Assembly: GCA_964404795.1 (NCBI GenBank)
Contig: CAYOLI010000003.1
Span: forward strand, 31,621 to 95,620
Direction: 5' to 3'
DNA from: an uncultured Candidatus Saccharibacteria bacterium
Lineage (GTDB): Bacteria; Patescibacteriota; Saccharimonadia; Saccharimonadales; 2-12-FULL-41-12
Length of the DNA stretch: 64,000 nt
The notes beneath the pieces are model-generated. The model searched no databases. It saw only the letters and a list, made by a program, of their open reading frames with translations, and had not been told where the DNA came from. Both the position numbers and the translations under genes were made by a program. Below are positions 8,666 to 16,970 of the stretch, in pieces; position 1 is the first letter of the stretch; each line of letters opens with the position of its first letter.

Positions 8666-9034
8666 TTAGTTATTCAGTTTAGATTTTACTAGCTCGGCAA
8701 CCTGCCTAGGAGTCATATCCGCCTTTAGTATAAAAGCGCTGACGCCAAGATTTTCCATTGATTTTGGAATTTCTTGCTCCCCCATGTTTGTTAAAACGAT
8801 TACTTTTATATCTTTTCCCCACGGTGTCTCGCGTAGTTTCTGTAGCATTTCGTCCCCAGACATTTCGGGCATCATCAAGTCCAACAGAATAATATCGGGT
8901 TGCATTTGCTCTACAAGCTCTAGGCCAAACTTACCGTTTTCCGCGGTTTCGACATCGAACCCTTCGGTTTCAAATTTGATGCGATACATTTGTGCAATCG
9001 CGTGGTCGTCTTCAATTATGGCTATTTTAGGCAT
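8666..9034 (-). CDS. Stand-alone response-regulator receiver (CheY-like) protein
   Basis: 122 aa with IIEDD, the phospho-acceptor context DIILLDLMMP, and VIVLTN...K. No output domain. Confidence 0.85.
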   Translation of the reverse strand: MPKIAIIEDDHAIAQMYRIKFETEGFDVETAENGKFGLELVEQMQPDIILLDLMMPEMSGDEMLQKLRETPWGKDIKVIVLTNMGEQEIPKSMENLGVSAFILKADMTPRQVAELVKSKLNN

Positions 9035-9166
9035 ATTGTGTATCCAATTATAAACTAAATTCGTATACCCTAATAGTGTGTAAATTTAAAAACAGAGTGT
9101 TTCTGTTATTGAATATATTATAAAAATATGCTCTAATAGTATTAATATTCAGTAATATACGTTGTA

Positions 9167-9943
9167 ATGGAAATAGAACGATCCATAGAATCTAGTAATG
9201 ACTTGATTACTCCCAACCCAACTGGCGAGGAAGCTTTAATCGAACGATCATCTGACAGTATTCGCAGAAAAATCATAGGCGGGGCAATTGTCGGTTTGGC
9301 TACCGCAGCGCTATTTGTTGAACAAAGCCCACTAAACGAATCTGTTAGGATTCCGCCCGCAGCCGCAGTATTCCGAAGTACGGGTAGCGAACTAAAAACA
9401 GGAGGAGTCGTGGGCGCCCTTACTCTTGGAATTGAAATTCCTACAAGTATACTAGTATCCGCAGGTCTAAACTACGAAAGAGACAGGATAAGAAAAGTGG
9501 TCAATAGGTTTAAGGGAGCTGATACTGGCTATAGTAAAAAAGATGAGACTCCAAAAGATTATGGCTTAAGAGATATTGTGACGGATACCAGTATAGCTTT
9601 CGGTTTGGGTCCATCAGTTCTCGTTGCCAAACGACATATTCAAAATCCAGAAAGAACATTTAAATCTAATGTAAAAACGGGAGTAAAAGCGTCTGTTGCT
9701 GTTTCTGCTCTTGCTGCTAGTATAGGAGGTATTTCTGCAGTATTGTTGAAGCAAGCAGATAACCTGGGTGCGTTTAAGAAACCTGCAGAGTATTTTGTAG
9801 ACTACGCTACTGACTGGAAATTTTGGATTGGTGTTGTGGGGAGCATACAGGTATTGTCGTATGCTAGGAATAAGCTACGAGGTAAACGGCGTAGAATGTC
9901 GTCAAAAGATGAAATTTTGGCAGAAAGGGACAATCGTGAGTAG
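9167..9943 (+). CDS. Hypothetical polytopic membrane protein (first gene of a three-gene overlapping operon)
   Basis: 258-aa ORF with about five hydrophobic segments (e.g. IIGGAIVGLATAALFV, GVKASVAVSALAASIGGISAVLL) and a basic tail. No family recognised. Confidence 0.55.
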   Translation: MEIERSIESSNDLITPNPTGEEALIERSSDSIRRKIIGGAIVGLATAALFVEQSPLNESVRIPPAAAVFRSTGSELKTGGVVGALTLGIEIPTSILVSAGLNYERDRIRKVVNRFKGADTGYSKKDETPKDYGLRDIVTDTSIAFGLGPSVLVAKRHIQNPERTFKSNVKTGVKASVAVSALAASIGGISAVLLKQADNLGAFKKPAEYFVDYATDWKFWIGVVGSIQVLSYARNKLRGKRRRMSSKDEILAERDNRE

Positions 9944-10739
9944 ATACAATCAGGACAAAGTAGAAGCAATGTTACCTCCAGTAAGTGACGAGCATTTTGG
10001 GTTCAATAATGAAGCACGGTTTTGGGTTGGGCGAGTTGCTACCAAGTCAGTAGTAGATGCCCCAGGTATACACGATAGTTTATTGCAGTTTCGCGGGAAT
10101 GTTTATGTCCGGGAATGCGGTTTTTTGCCAGAGAATAGCTTAGATAGTAAGGGACGTGAGAGTGATTCGGATGATCTTCGGTCATTACTTTTTTCTGCTG
10201 TTGAAAAATACACTGACGATGGTGAAACTGGAGCAAGGGTTGTGGGCTCTTCTAGGATTATTATGAAAGACTCTGATCAAATCTTGCCTATCGAGAACTA
10301 TTTTCCTGAAGTATTTAAAAAATTCCCGGCCGAGGGTAATATTTCTTCTGAAATTTCGAGATATATTGCCAGACATCCAAACAAGTTTGTTCAAGGATTA
10401 GTATCTTTGGCGTTAGTGCGAGCCATGTTTAATGTATGCATTCAAGAAGGCATAGAAAATGCATACGCAATGCTAGAAGAGAAACCGTTAAACAAACTTA
10501 GGCGGACGGGCATAGAAGCTAATGATATTGGCTCTTCAAAATATATTGCAGAACTAAAAGGTGTAATCCAACCTGTTGTTTTTCGTCCCTTTGAACTAGT
10601 TAATACTCTGTATGCCGAGTCGGCTGACGTAGACCAGCCCCTGACAGCTTCACAAATTTTCTTCCAGTTCGATCAAAACAAAGACGGGCATGGGTTTTAT
10701 AATGAAGATTTGATGAGAAAAGATCATGATATCTCGTAA
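9936..10739 (+). CDS. LuxI/FeeM-fold GNAT N-acyl (amino acid/homoserine-lactone-type) synthase-like protein
   Basis: FRGNVYVRECGFLPENSLDSKGRESDSDDLRS, EISRYIARHP and LEEKPLNKLRRTGIEANDIG follow the autoinducer-synthase/N-acyl amino acid synthase pattern. The ORF opens at 9828, but the GTG at 9936 follows an AAAGGGA RBS and overlaps the upstream stop. Confidence 0.6.
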   Translation: MSRYNQDKVEAMLPPVSDEHFGFNNEARFWVGRVATKSVVDAPGIHDSLLQFRGNVYVRECGFLPENSLDSKGRESDSDDLRSLLFSAVEKYTDDGETGARVVGSSRIIMKDSDQILPIENYFPEVFKKFPAEGNISSEISRYIARHPNKFVQGLVSLALVRAMFNVCIQEGIENAYAMLEEKPLNKLRRTGIEANDIGSSKYIAELKGVIQPVVFRPFELVNTLYAESADVDQPLTASQIFFQFDQNKDGHGFYNEDLMRKDHDIS

Positions 10740-11610
10740 ATTTGAACGTAATCTAGGTTTTATGACTGTTGAGGAACAGGAAAAAATAAATTCCTCTAGC
10801 ATCGCTATTGCTGGTGTAGGAGGGGATGGCGGTCTTCTTGCAATTCAGATGGCAAGATTGGGTATACAAAGATTTAACTTGGCCGATCCTGATGATTTTG
10901 AAGAGGAGAACACAAACAGACAAGCGGTTTGTACACAGACAAGTATCGGCAAGAATAAAGCTGAGGTAGTAGGAGAGTACTTGCAGGATATCAACTCAGA
11001 AATAGAGATCTCAGTATTTGATACAGGTATAAATCAAGACAATGTTGGACCTTTTGTCGAGGGTTGTGATCTAGTTATAGATGAAACGGAATTTACTATG
11101 CATAAATTAGGCATTATGCTTGCAAGAGAATCTAGGGCTAGAGAAATTCCTCAGATGACAGCGCTTAATATTGGCTTTGGTGCAATAGTTACTACTTACC
11201 ACCCAACGAGCAGGTTTACACTTGAGAAGCAACTTGGGTTTAATAAAGAAGACGATATTTCTGAAGTTGAAAAAAGCCAAGTTAAACTGGATAGATGGCT
11301 ACCGTATGTCCCGTCTTACGGTGACTTATCCGTTTTAGGCAAAGTATCGACAGGCAAAGTGTCTGCTCCGTCCATTGCCCCTGGCGTCGCACTAGCAGCA
11401 GGTGTTGGGGCAACGCAAGCTACATTAAACCTCTTAAGTGAGTCTAATAACAATAGGCCAAAGCCCATCTACGCTCCGAGAGCAATCGTTGTGGATGCTG
11501 TGGAGCAAGTTTTTAAACAAGTCAGAATGTCTCGACTCAGTCACTATAGGCATTTAAGTAAATTGGTTTTAAAAAATACTTTAGGTATGAATCCAAAAGC
11601 AGATTATTAG
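10726..11610 (+). CDS. ThiF/MoeB/HesA-family (E1-like) adenylyltransferase
   Basis: Nucleotide-binding loop IAIAGVGGDGG, then ADPDDFEEENTNRQ (the NxxRQ motif) and DLVIDETE. No Cys-rich or rhodanese extension. Overlaps the upstream gene by 14 nt. Confidence 0.75.
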   Translation: MISRKFERNLGFMTVEEQEKINSSSIAIAGVGGDGGLLAIQMARLGIQRFNLADPDDFEEENTNRQAVCTQTSIGKNKAEVVGEYLQDINSEIEISVFDTGINQDNVGPFVEGCDLVIDETEFTMHKLGIMLARESRAREIPQMTALNIGFGAIVTTYHPTSRFTLEKQLGFNKEDDISEVEKSQVKLDRWLPYVPSYGDLSVLGKVSTGKVSAPSIAPGVALAAGVGATQATLNLLSESNNNRPKPIYAPRAIVVDAVEQVFKQVRMSRLSHYRHLSKLVLKNTLGMNPKADY

Positions 11611-11649
11611 TTTTCCATGTAAGTATGGTTATATGAGATAATTGTACTT

Positions 11650-13830
11650 ATGCTTGATGGATATGTAGCAACCAGTTTTATTCTTGCTATATTATTTTTT
11701 ACGATCGGAGCGATCGTTTTTGTCAGGAACCCGAACAAAAAAACTAATAGAACATATCTAATCTTCAGTATTTTCGTTGGAATATGGCTGGTCGCGAATT
11801 TTATTGCTAGTTCGACCAAAGTTGATACGCAGGTTGCGCTAATAGCAAATCGTATAGTTTTTGTATTTGGCGGGCTTGCGGTCACCACGATGTTTGTCTT
11901 CTTTCTTTACTTAACTAAAGCCAAGCTAACTTTGAGTATGAAGATATTAGTATTTTTCTCGCTCTTTACAAGCTTGATAGGATTGTCTCCGTTAATAGTT
12001 AAGGATGTTTTTTTAAAGGGGGATACATATGGTATTAATTTTGGCCCACTGTCTAGCTTGTATTTTCTTTTATTAACCATTGTTTTTGCAGCCACCATTA
12101 TAAATCTCGTTGTCGGAGTTACTAGTAAAGAGTCAGAGAGAAAAGAGCCATTTAAAATAATATTGATTGGCATTACTATTACTTTCATCGGTATATTTAT
12201 TACTAACGTTGCACTTCCGGTCGGCTTCAATTATTTTGGGTTAGCTAATATAGGGTCGTATTTTGCCATCTTTGTTGTGGCCAGTATGGCATATGCAATC
12301 ATTAAGCACAGATTATTCGATATAAAATTTACCATAGCTAGGATTATGACATATGGTCTCTTGGTGTCGACGTTAAGTGCCATCTATGCGGTTACTGTAT
12401 TTGTTTTTGCCAGCAAACTTTTGGACGCAGAATCTTTGTTCGCTCAGCAGGTAATACCAATTACTACGGCAATATTCCTAGTATTTACCGCTCCGCTATT
12501 AAGAAAACTATTCGATAAAATTACAAACAGGATTTTTTATCAGGATGCTTATGACCCCCAAGTATTTCTAGATGAATTTAATAAAGCGCTTCTTAATAAT
12601 ATCGAATTACCAATTTTATTAAGACATTCTACCACTGTGATTCAAGAAAATTTAAAAAGTCAGTTTTGTGTGGTCGTTGTCAACGAGGACGGTCCCGAGC
12701 AAACCAGGATAATCGGTACTGAACGGTTGCGTTTGTCTGATTCGGAGAAAACATTTCTACGACAGGATTTAGCTAACTCTAGAGAACGCGTAATTGCTGT
12801 CGACGAAAGTCAAGATCTACATCCAAGACTCAGCCGTATACTGAAGTCAAAAAATATTGCAGTGGCTGTTCGATTGGATGCAAGCTATCGTACTGGAGAA
12901 GACTCGCTCGCGTATCTGATGATGGGACCAAAAAGTAGTGGTAGTTTTTATAATAAAAATGATCTGAAAATTATCGAGATAATCTCGGATGAGTTAGTAA
13001 TTGCCATTCAGAACGCCCTACGATTTGAGGAGATCCAGGGCTTTGCTGCTACCTTGCAAGAGAGAGTCAATGACGCCACGGCTAGCATTAAGCGTACAAA
13101 CGAAAAATTAAAAGAAATCGACGAAACAAAAGATGAGTTTATTAGCATGGCCTCTCATCAACTCAGAACGCCGCTTACGTCAGTCAAGGGGTACCTTAGC
13201 ATGGTTTTAGAAGGGGATGTGGGTGAGATTAGCGAAAAACAGCAAAAACTGCTTGGACAGGCGTTTGTGAGCTCACAGCGTATGGTTTATCTGATTGCCG
13301 ATTTGTTAAATGTTTCTCGCCTTAAAACCGGCAAGTTTGTTATTACGCCTGCGCCGTCCGATCTCGCCGAGATGGTACAGGGCGAAATAGACCAGTTATT
13401 AGAGGTGGCAAAGAGTAAGCGGATCAAAATTAATTACAAAAAGCCAAAAGAGTTTCCACTGCTTATGATAGACGAGACAAAAACCCGTCAGGTTATCATG
13501 AACTTCATAGACAATGCCATATACTACACACCATCATCTGGCGAGGTAGACGTATCTGTTAAAGAAGATAAAAACCATGTTTATTTTACTGTCAAAGATA
13601 ACGGTATTGGCGTACCAAAAGAGGATCAAAAACATTTATTTACTAAGTTTTACAGGGGTTCTAATGCTAGAAAAACTCGACCCGATGGAACGGGGTTAGG
13701 GCTTTTTATGGCAAAAAGAGTCATTATTGCACAAGAAGGCACGGTCTTATTTGAGAGTCGAGAGGGCAAAGGTAGTACCTTTGGCTTTTCTCTAAACAAG
13801 TCAAAACTAGCGGTTAATCAGGAAAATTAA
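11650..13830 (+). CDS. Sensor histidine kinase with a multi-TM N-terminal domain
   Basis: About 7-8 N-terminal hydrophobic helices. H-box SMASHQLRTPLTSVKGY, N-box FIDNAIYYTP, G1 VKDNGIGVP, G2 GTGLGLFMAKR. Confidence 0.9.
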   Translation: MLDGYVATSFILAILFFTIGAIVFVRNPNKKTNRTYLIFSIFVGIWLVANFIASSTKVDTQVALIANRIVFVFGGLAVTTMFVFFLYLTKAKLTLSMKILVFFSLFTSLIGLSPLIVKDVFLKGDTYGINFGPLSSLYFLLLTIVFAATIINLVVGVTSKESERKEPFKIILIGITITFIGIFITNVALPVGFNYFGLANIGSYFAIFVVASMAYAIIKHRLFDIKFTIARIMTYGLLVSTLSAIYAVTVFVFASKLLDAESLFAQQVIPITTAIFLVFTAPLLRKLFDKITNRIFYQDAYDPQVFLDEFNKALLNNIELPILLRHSTTVIQENLKSQFCVVVVNEDGPEQTRIIGTERLRLSDSEKTFLRQDLANSRERVIAVDESQDLHPRLSRILKSKNIAVAVRLDASYRTGEDSLAYLMMGPKSSGSFYNKNDLKIIEIISDELVIAIQNALRFEEIQGFAATLQERVNDATASIKRTNEKLKEIDETKDEFISMASHQLRTPLTSVKGYLSMVLEGDVGEISEKQQKLLGQAFVSSQRMVYLIADLLNVSRLKTGKFVITPAPSDLAEMVQGEIDQLLEVAKSKRIKINYKKPKEFPLLMIDETKTRQVIMNFIDNAIYYTPSSGEVDVSVKEDKNHVYFTVKDNGIGVPKEDQKHLFTKFYRGSNARKTRPDGTGLGLFMAKRVIIAQEGTVLFESREGKGSTFGFSLNKSKLAVNQEN

Positions 13831-13836
13831 CTCTTT

Positions 13837-16440
13837 TTAACGCAGTTTTACTGCATCGTCCTCTTTTAACATGTAGCTGTCTTGTTCAACGGTTTTCGAT
13901 GTTAAATTGGTTTTTTCTACAACTGATCCACCGAGTAGCTTGTTTTTGTCCGATTTCGTTTTACGTTTTCTGGTGCGTTTTCTTTTTCTTGGGGTAGTGG
14001 TTGGTGCCATTTCGGGCTTTAGCTCTAGCTTTCTCTCTATAAACTCGGGGTTGGTTGCTGGTTTGTCGGCTACAACAGCAGTATTAGTTGGTTTTTTTGC
14101 TTTTTGCTTGGTCGCAGTTGGCTTTATTTTTGACGTATCCAGATTATGCCTAGCGTTGATATATTCCTCCACCTCTGTTACAGATAGTGCATATTTTTTT
14201 CGACTCTGATCTATGATGGTTTCCGAATAATCTTGCCCATATTCTTCAAGATCGGTTGTAATGGCTGAGAAGGCCTGTGCCTTTTCTCCGTTAATGGTCA
14301 TACTAATTACAAAACTGCGGTTGTGCATGTGTACTAGATCGTGCTCGCTAAATTTGGGTTCGAAGTATTTAAGCATGATCCTGGCATCATCAGCACTGGT
14401 TCTAAAGGATATAATCGACCCTACGTTGCCAAAAACAGCATCTTTTACACTTTGCATCATCTGGGCGGTGTATTGGTTGGCCACCGTAAGGTTAAGGCCA
14501 TATTTCCTCGCTTCGGACAAAATGGTTGCAAAAGAATCGGTTGCAAAATTTTGGAACTCGTCTACATATAGGTAAAAAGGTATACGTTCATTAGGTGGTA
14601 TGTCTGCACGGCTCATGGCAGCCATCTGTATTTTGGTTACCATCAGTGCTCCTAGAAGTCCAGCATTATCTTCGCCTATAAGACCACGAGAGAGGTTAAC
14701 AATTAGTATTTTTTGGTAGTCCATAATCTCACGAATGTTAAAACTGCCTCTCGGTTGGCCAATGATGTTTCTAACCAGTGGGTTGGCGGTAAAAGCCCCA
14801 ATTTTGTTCAGAACTGGGGCAACCGCTTCGGCCGCAAATTTGTCGTTGTAGCTGGCAAATTCGACAGTCCAGAAGTTTTGTACAACTGGGTCGTTAACGT
14901 ACGTTAGCACCTCTTCTCTAAACTTTTTATCGGTTAAGATGCGGGTGATATCCAGCATTGTGGCCTCTGGGTAATCGAGCAGTGCCAGTATGCTGTAGCG
15001 CAAAATGTACTCTAGTCGTGGCCCCCAGGAGTCAAACATTCTTTTTAATACCCCAATCAGTTCAGAGCAGGCATGAGTTCGCAATTTGGGGTCAGTTACT
15101 TCTAAAGGGTTAAACCCTATCGGATAATCGCTGTCTGCCGGATTAAAATAGATAACGTCGTTTACTCTGTTGGCTGGAATACGTTTAAGTACATTTAGTG
15201 CATAATCTCCGTGAGGATCGATTACGGCAAAGCCCTGTCCGTCTACAATGTCCGAAAGGGTTAACAGCTCTAATAAACCCGACTTACCAGCGCCAGTTTG
15301 GCCAATAATGTACAGATGACGACCTCTGTCAGATCTTGGTAGACCAAATAAGGTGTTATAGCCCCTAAAGTTGGTGTGCGCCATCATGCTAACTTCTGAG
15401 GATTTTGTAACTGGCAGATTAGCTGGTGGCTCGGCAGTTGTAGCGTTTGCCCAGAGGATATTTGGGGTTTCTACGTTAGTATGGGGCAGATGGTATAAAC
15501 TGGCTAGCTCTTCTATATTAAGAGTCATACTTTTTGCCCCTAATAATCTGTTTTGATAAGATTTAACACTGCTTAATCCCGTTTGCACCTTGCTAGAGCT
15601 AAAACCGTTTAAATAGGTCGAATTGAACTGTTTAAACCCTGCTACTATGGACTGCAAGCGCATTTGTGCCTGCGAATCGGTAGAATTACCAAGATAGATA
15701 ATCCTAACCGCTGCTGAGTACGCCAGTTTGTGGCTCTTCTCCTCCGATGCGGAGGCCCGTGCAGATTCATGTTCGACCAACTTAGGTGTTTGTGACTGCT
15801 TTTGCTCGGGCGGAGCGCTTAGAGCACCCAGTAGCCCTACGTATTGGCTGGAGTTAATTCCTCCACTACCGCGAATGGACTGCGAATAGCGCTCACTCTT
15901 CTTGTACCAGCCGTTTTTGGCTGGTTGGACTACCACCTGTATCCAGGCACTTTCATCTGGGGCAAACTGAGCTAAACTGGCGGTGATTCCAGCCAGCGGA
16001 TCTACCTCAAAACTAGGAAATGTCTTGATTGGTAAGGGGTCTGGCGCAATTAGCTTTAACTCGGTCGAGATGGTGTGTTTGCCACTATTTGGTAGCCGAG
16101 AGTAGTCGTCTACCTCTGATATCTCTACATTTGGGTATTGGGCATATATTTGGTCTTGAACGTATTGTTTTAGTCGTGTAGGGCACCAGACAAAGAAGTT
16201 AATTTGACCACTTATAGTAGCAATTTCGAAACTAATCCTATCGTGCACGGCAGAGGTAAAGAGTCCACTAGATTGCTTGGTAAGCAGTCCATGTATAGCC
16301 GCAAGCATCTGTTCGGCTGCCAACTCCTTTTTCTCGTTATTACGGGGTACTTTCAACAGTAAAACAGAGGTATCTTCCGTTATCTGGCCTTGCTTTTTCT
16401 TAAATAACATTGTATGCATTATATCACTATGCTTATGCAA
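13837..16440 (-). CDS. VirD4/TraG/TraD-like (type IV coupling protein-like) P-loop ATPase with a large N-terminal domain and a basic tail
   Basis: Walker A IIGQTGAGKSG, FAVIDPHGDY, Walker B-like FYLYVDEFQNFAT and LNLTVANQY. C-terminal tail is rich in K/R (PRKRKRTRKRKTK). A TATAAT sits 7 nt before the third ATG (16410), so a leaderless start there is possible. Confidence 0.65.
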   Translation of the reverse strand: MHKHSDIMHTMLFKKKQGQITEDTSVLLLKVPRNNEKKELAAEQMLAAIHGLLTKQSSGLFTSAVHDRISFEIATISGQINFFVWCPTRLKQYVQDQIYAQYPNVEISEVDDYSRLPNSGKHTISTELKLIAPDPLPIKTFPSFEVDPLAGITASLAQFAPDESAWIQVVVQPAKNGWYKKSERYSQSIRGSGGINSSQYVGLLGALSAPPEQKQSQTPKLVEHESARASASEEKSHKLAYSAAVRIIYLGNSTDSQAQMRLQSIVAGFKQFNSTYLNGFSSSKVQTGLSSVKSYQNRLLGAKSMTLNIEELASLYHLPHTNVETPNILWANATTAEPPANLPVTKSSEVSMMAHTNFRGYNTLFGLPRSDRGRHLYIIGQTGAGKSGLLELLTLSDIVDGQGFAVIDPHGDYALNVLKRIPANRVNDVIYFNPADSDYPIGFNPLEVTDPKLRTHACSELIGVLKRMFDSWGPRLEYILRYSILALLDYPEATMLDITRILTDKKFREEVLTYVNDPVVQNFWTVEFASYNDKFAAEAVAPVLNKIGAFTANPLVRNIIGQPRGSFNIREIMDYQKILIVNLSRGLIGEDNAGLLGALMVTKIQMAAMSRADIPPNERIPFYLYVDEFQNFATDSFATILSEARKYGLNLTVANQYTAQMMQSVKDAVFGNVGSIISFRTSADDARIMLKYFEPKFSEHDLVHMHNRSFVISMTINGEKAQAFSAITTDLEEYGQDYSETIIDQSRKKYALSVTEVEEYINARHNLDTSKIKPTATKQKAKKPTNTAVVADKPATNPEFIERKLELKPEMAPTTTPRKRKRTRKRKTKSDKNKLLGGSVVEKTNLTSKTVEQDSYMLKEDDAVKLR

Positions 16441-16495
16441 AAAATAGACCTCTTTGATAACAGATGAAAAAGGTTACGTTTATTAGGCAATAATA

Positions 16496-16524
16496 TTGAC
16501 AAAATATAATGTTTGTGGTAAATT
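16496..16524 (+). promoter_or_regulatory. Strong sigma70-type promoter (TTGACA-N17-TAAATT with an extended -10 TG)
   Basis: TTGACA at 16496-16501, a 17-nt spacer ending TGG, and TAAATT at 16519-24. It is the only good plus-strand promoter in the 500-nt gap upstream of the 16971 gene. Confidence 0.6.
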
Positions 16525-16529
16525 GTAAT

Positions 16530-16970
16530 CATCGTTTCAAGTGGTGGGGTGGAGCTCACAAGCAGATTCGATAGCAAATTAACAATTTATAAAAACAAGC
16601 TAGATAGTCATGGGTTTTTAATCCTGGTTGAGATTCACTCAATTCTTTGAATTGCCAGACCCACACCTCTACAGGGTTTAACCCTGTAAACAACTCCCAC
16701 AAGGTTAAACCCTGTAGAAGGGGGTGGGGTGTTTGGAGTTTGCGGAATTGAGTGAAGCTCCTAGTTGATAAAAAATCCTAATAAACCCGACTACTATTAA
16801 ACAACACTCTCACTGATACAGAGTACCTTTATAACTGTGGACGATGCGTTTTGCTAGTAATAATTTGCTAGTAGCACGCATCGCCCAGAAGGGTCTTTTG
16901 TACTCAGTGAACTGATCACTCACTGTTTTAGGCAATCATGCCATTTAGACACCTTGAAGGAGGTGGAGAA
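16530..16970 (+). promoter_or_regulatory. About 440-nt structured 5' leader or independent ncRNA upstream of the secreted-protein gene
   Basis: Nested long-range pairings: 16632-16645 with 16745-16758, and 16655-16678 with 16708-16736. These compete with local hairpins at 16671-16687 and 16701-16717. There is also a hairpin at 16839-16886 and a terminator-like stem CAGTGA/TCACTG plus TTTT at 16905-16929, just before the RBS. Confidence 0.5.

Noticed and set aside
9828-9935. N-terminal 36 codons of the ORF-track version of the GNAT-like gene
   Set aside because: This part lies entirely inside the preceding gene in another frame. A GTG with an AAAGGGA RBS at 9936 gives the stop/start overlap typical of this operon.
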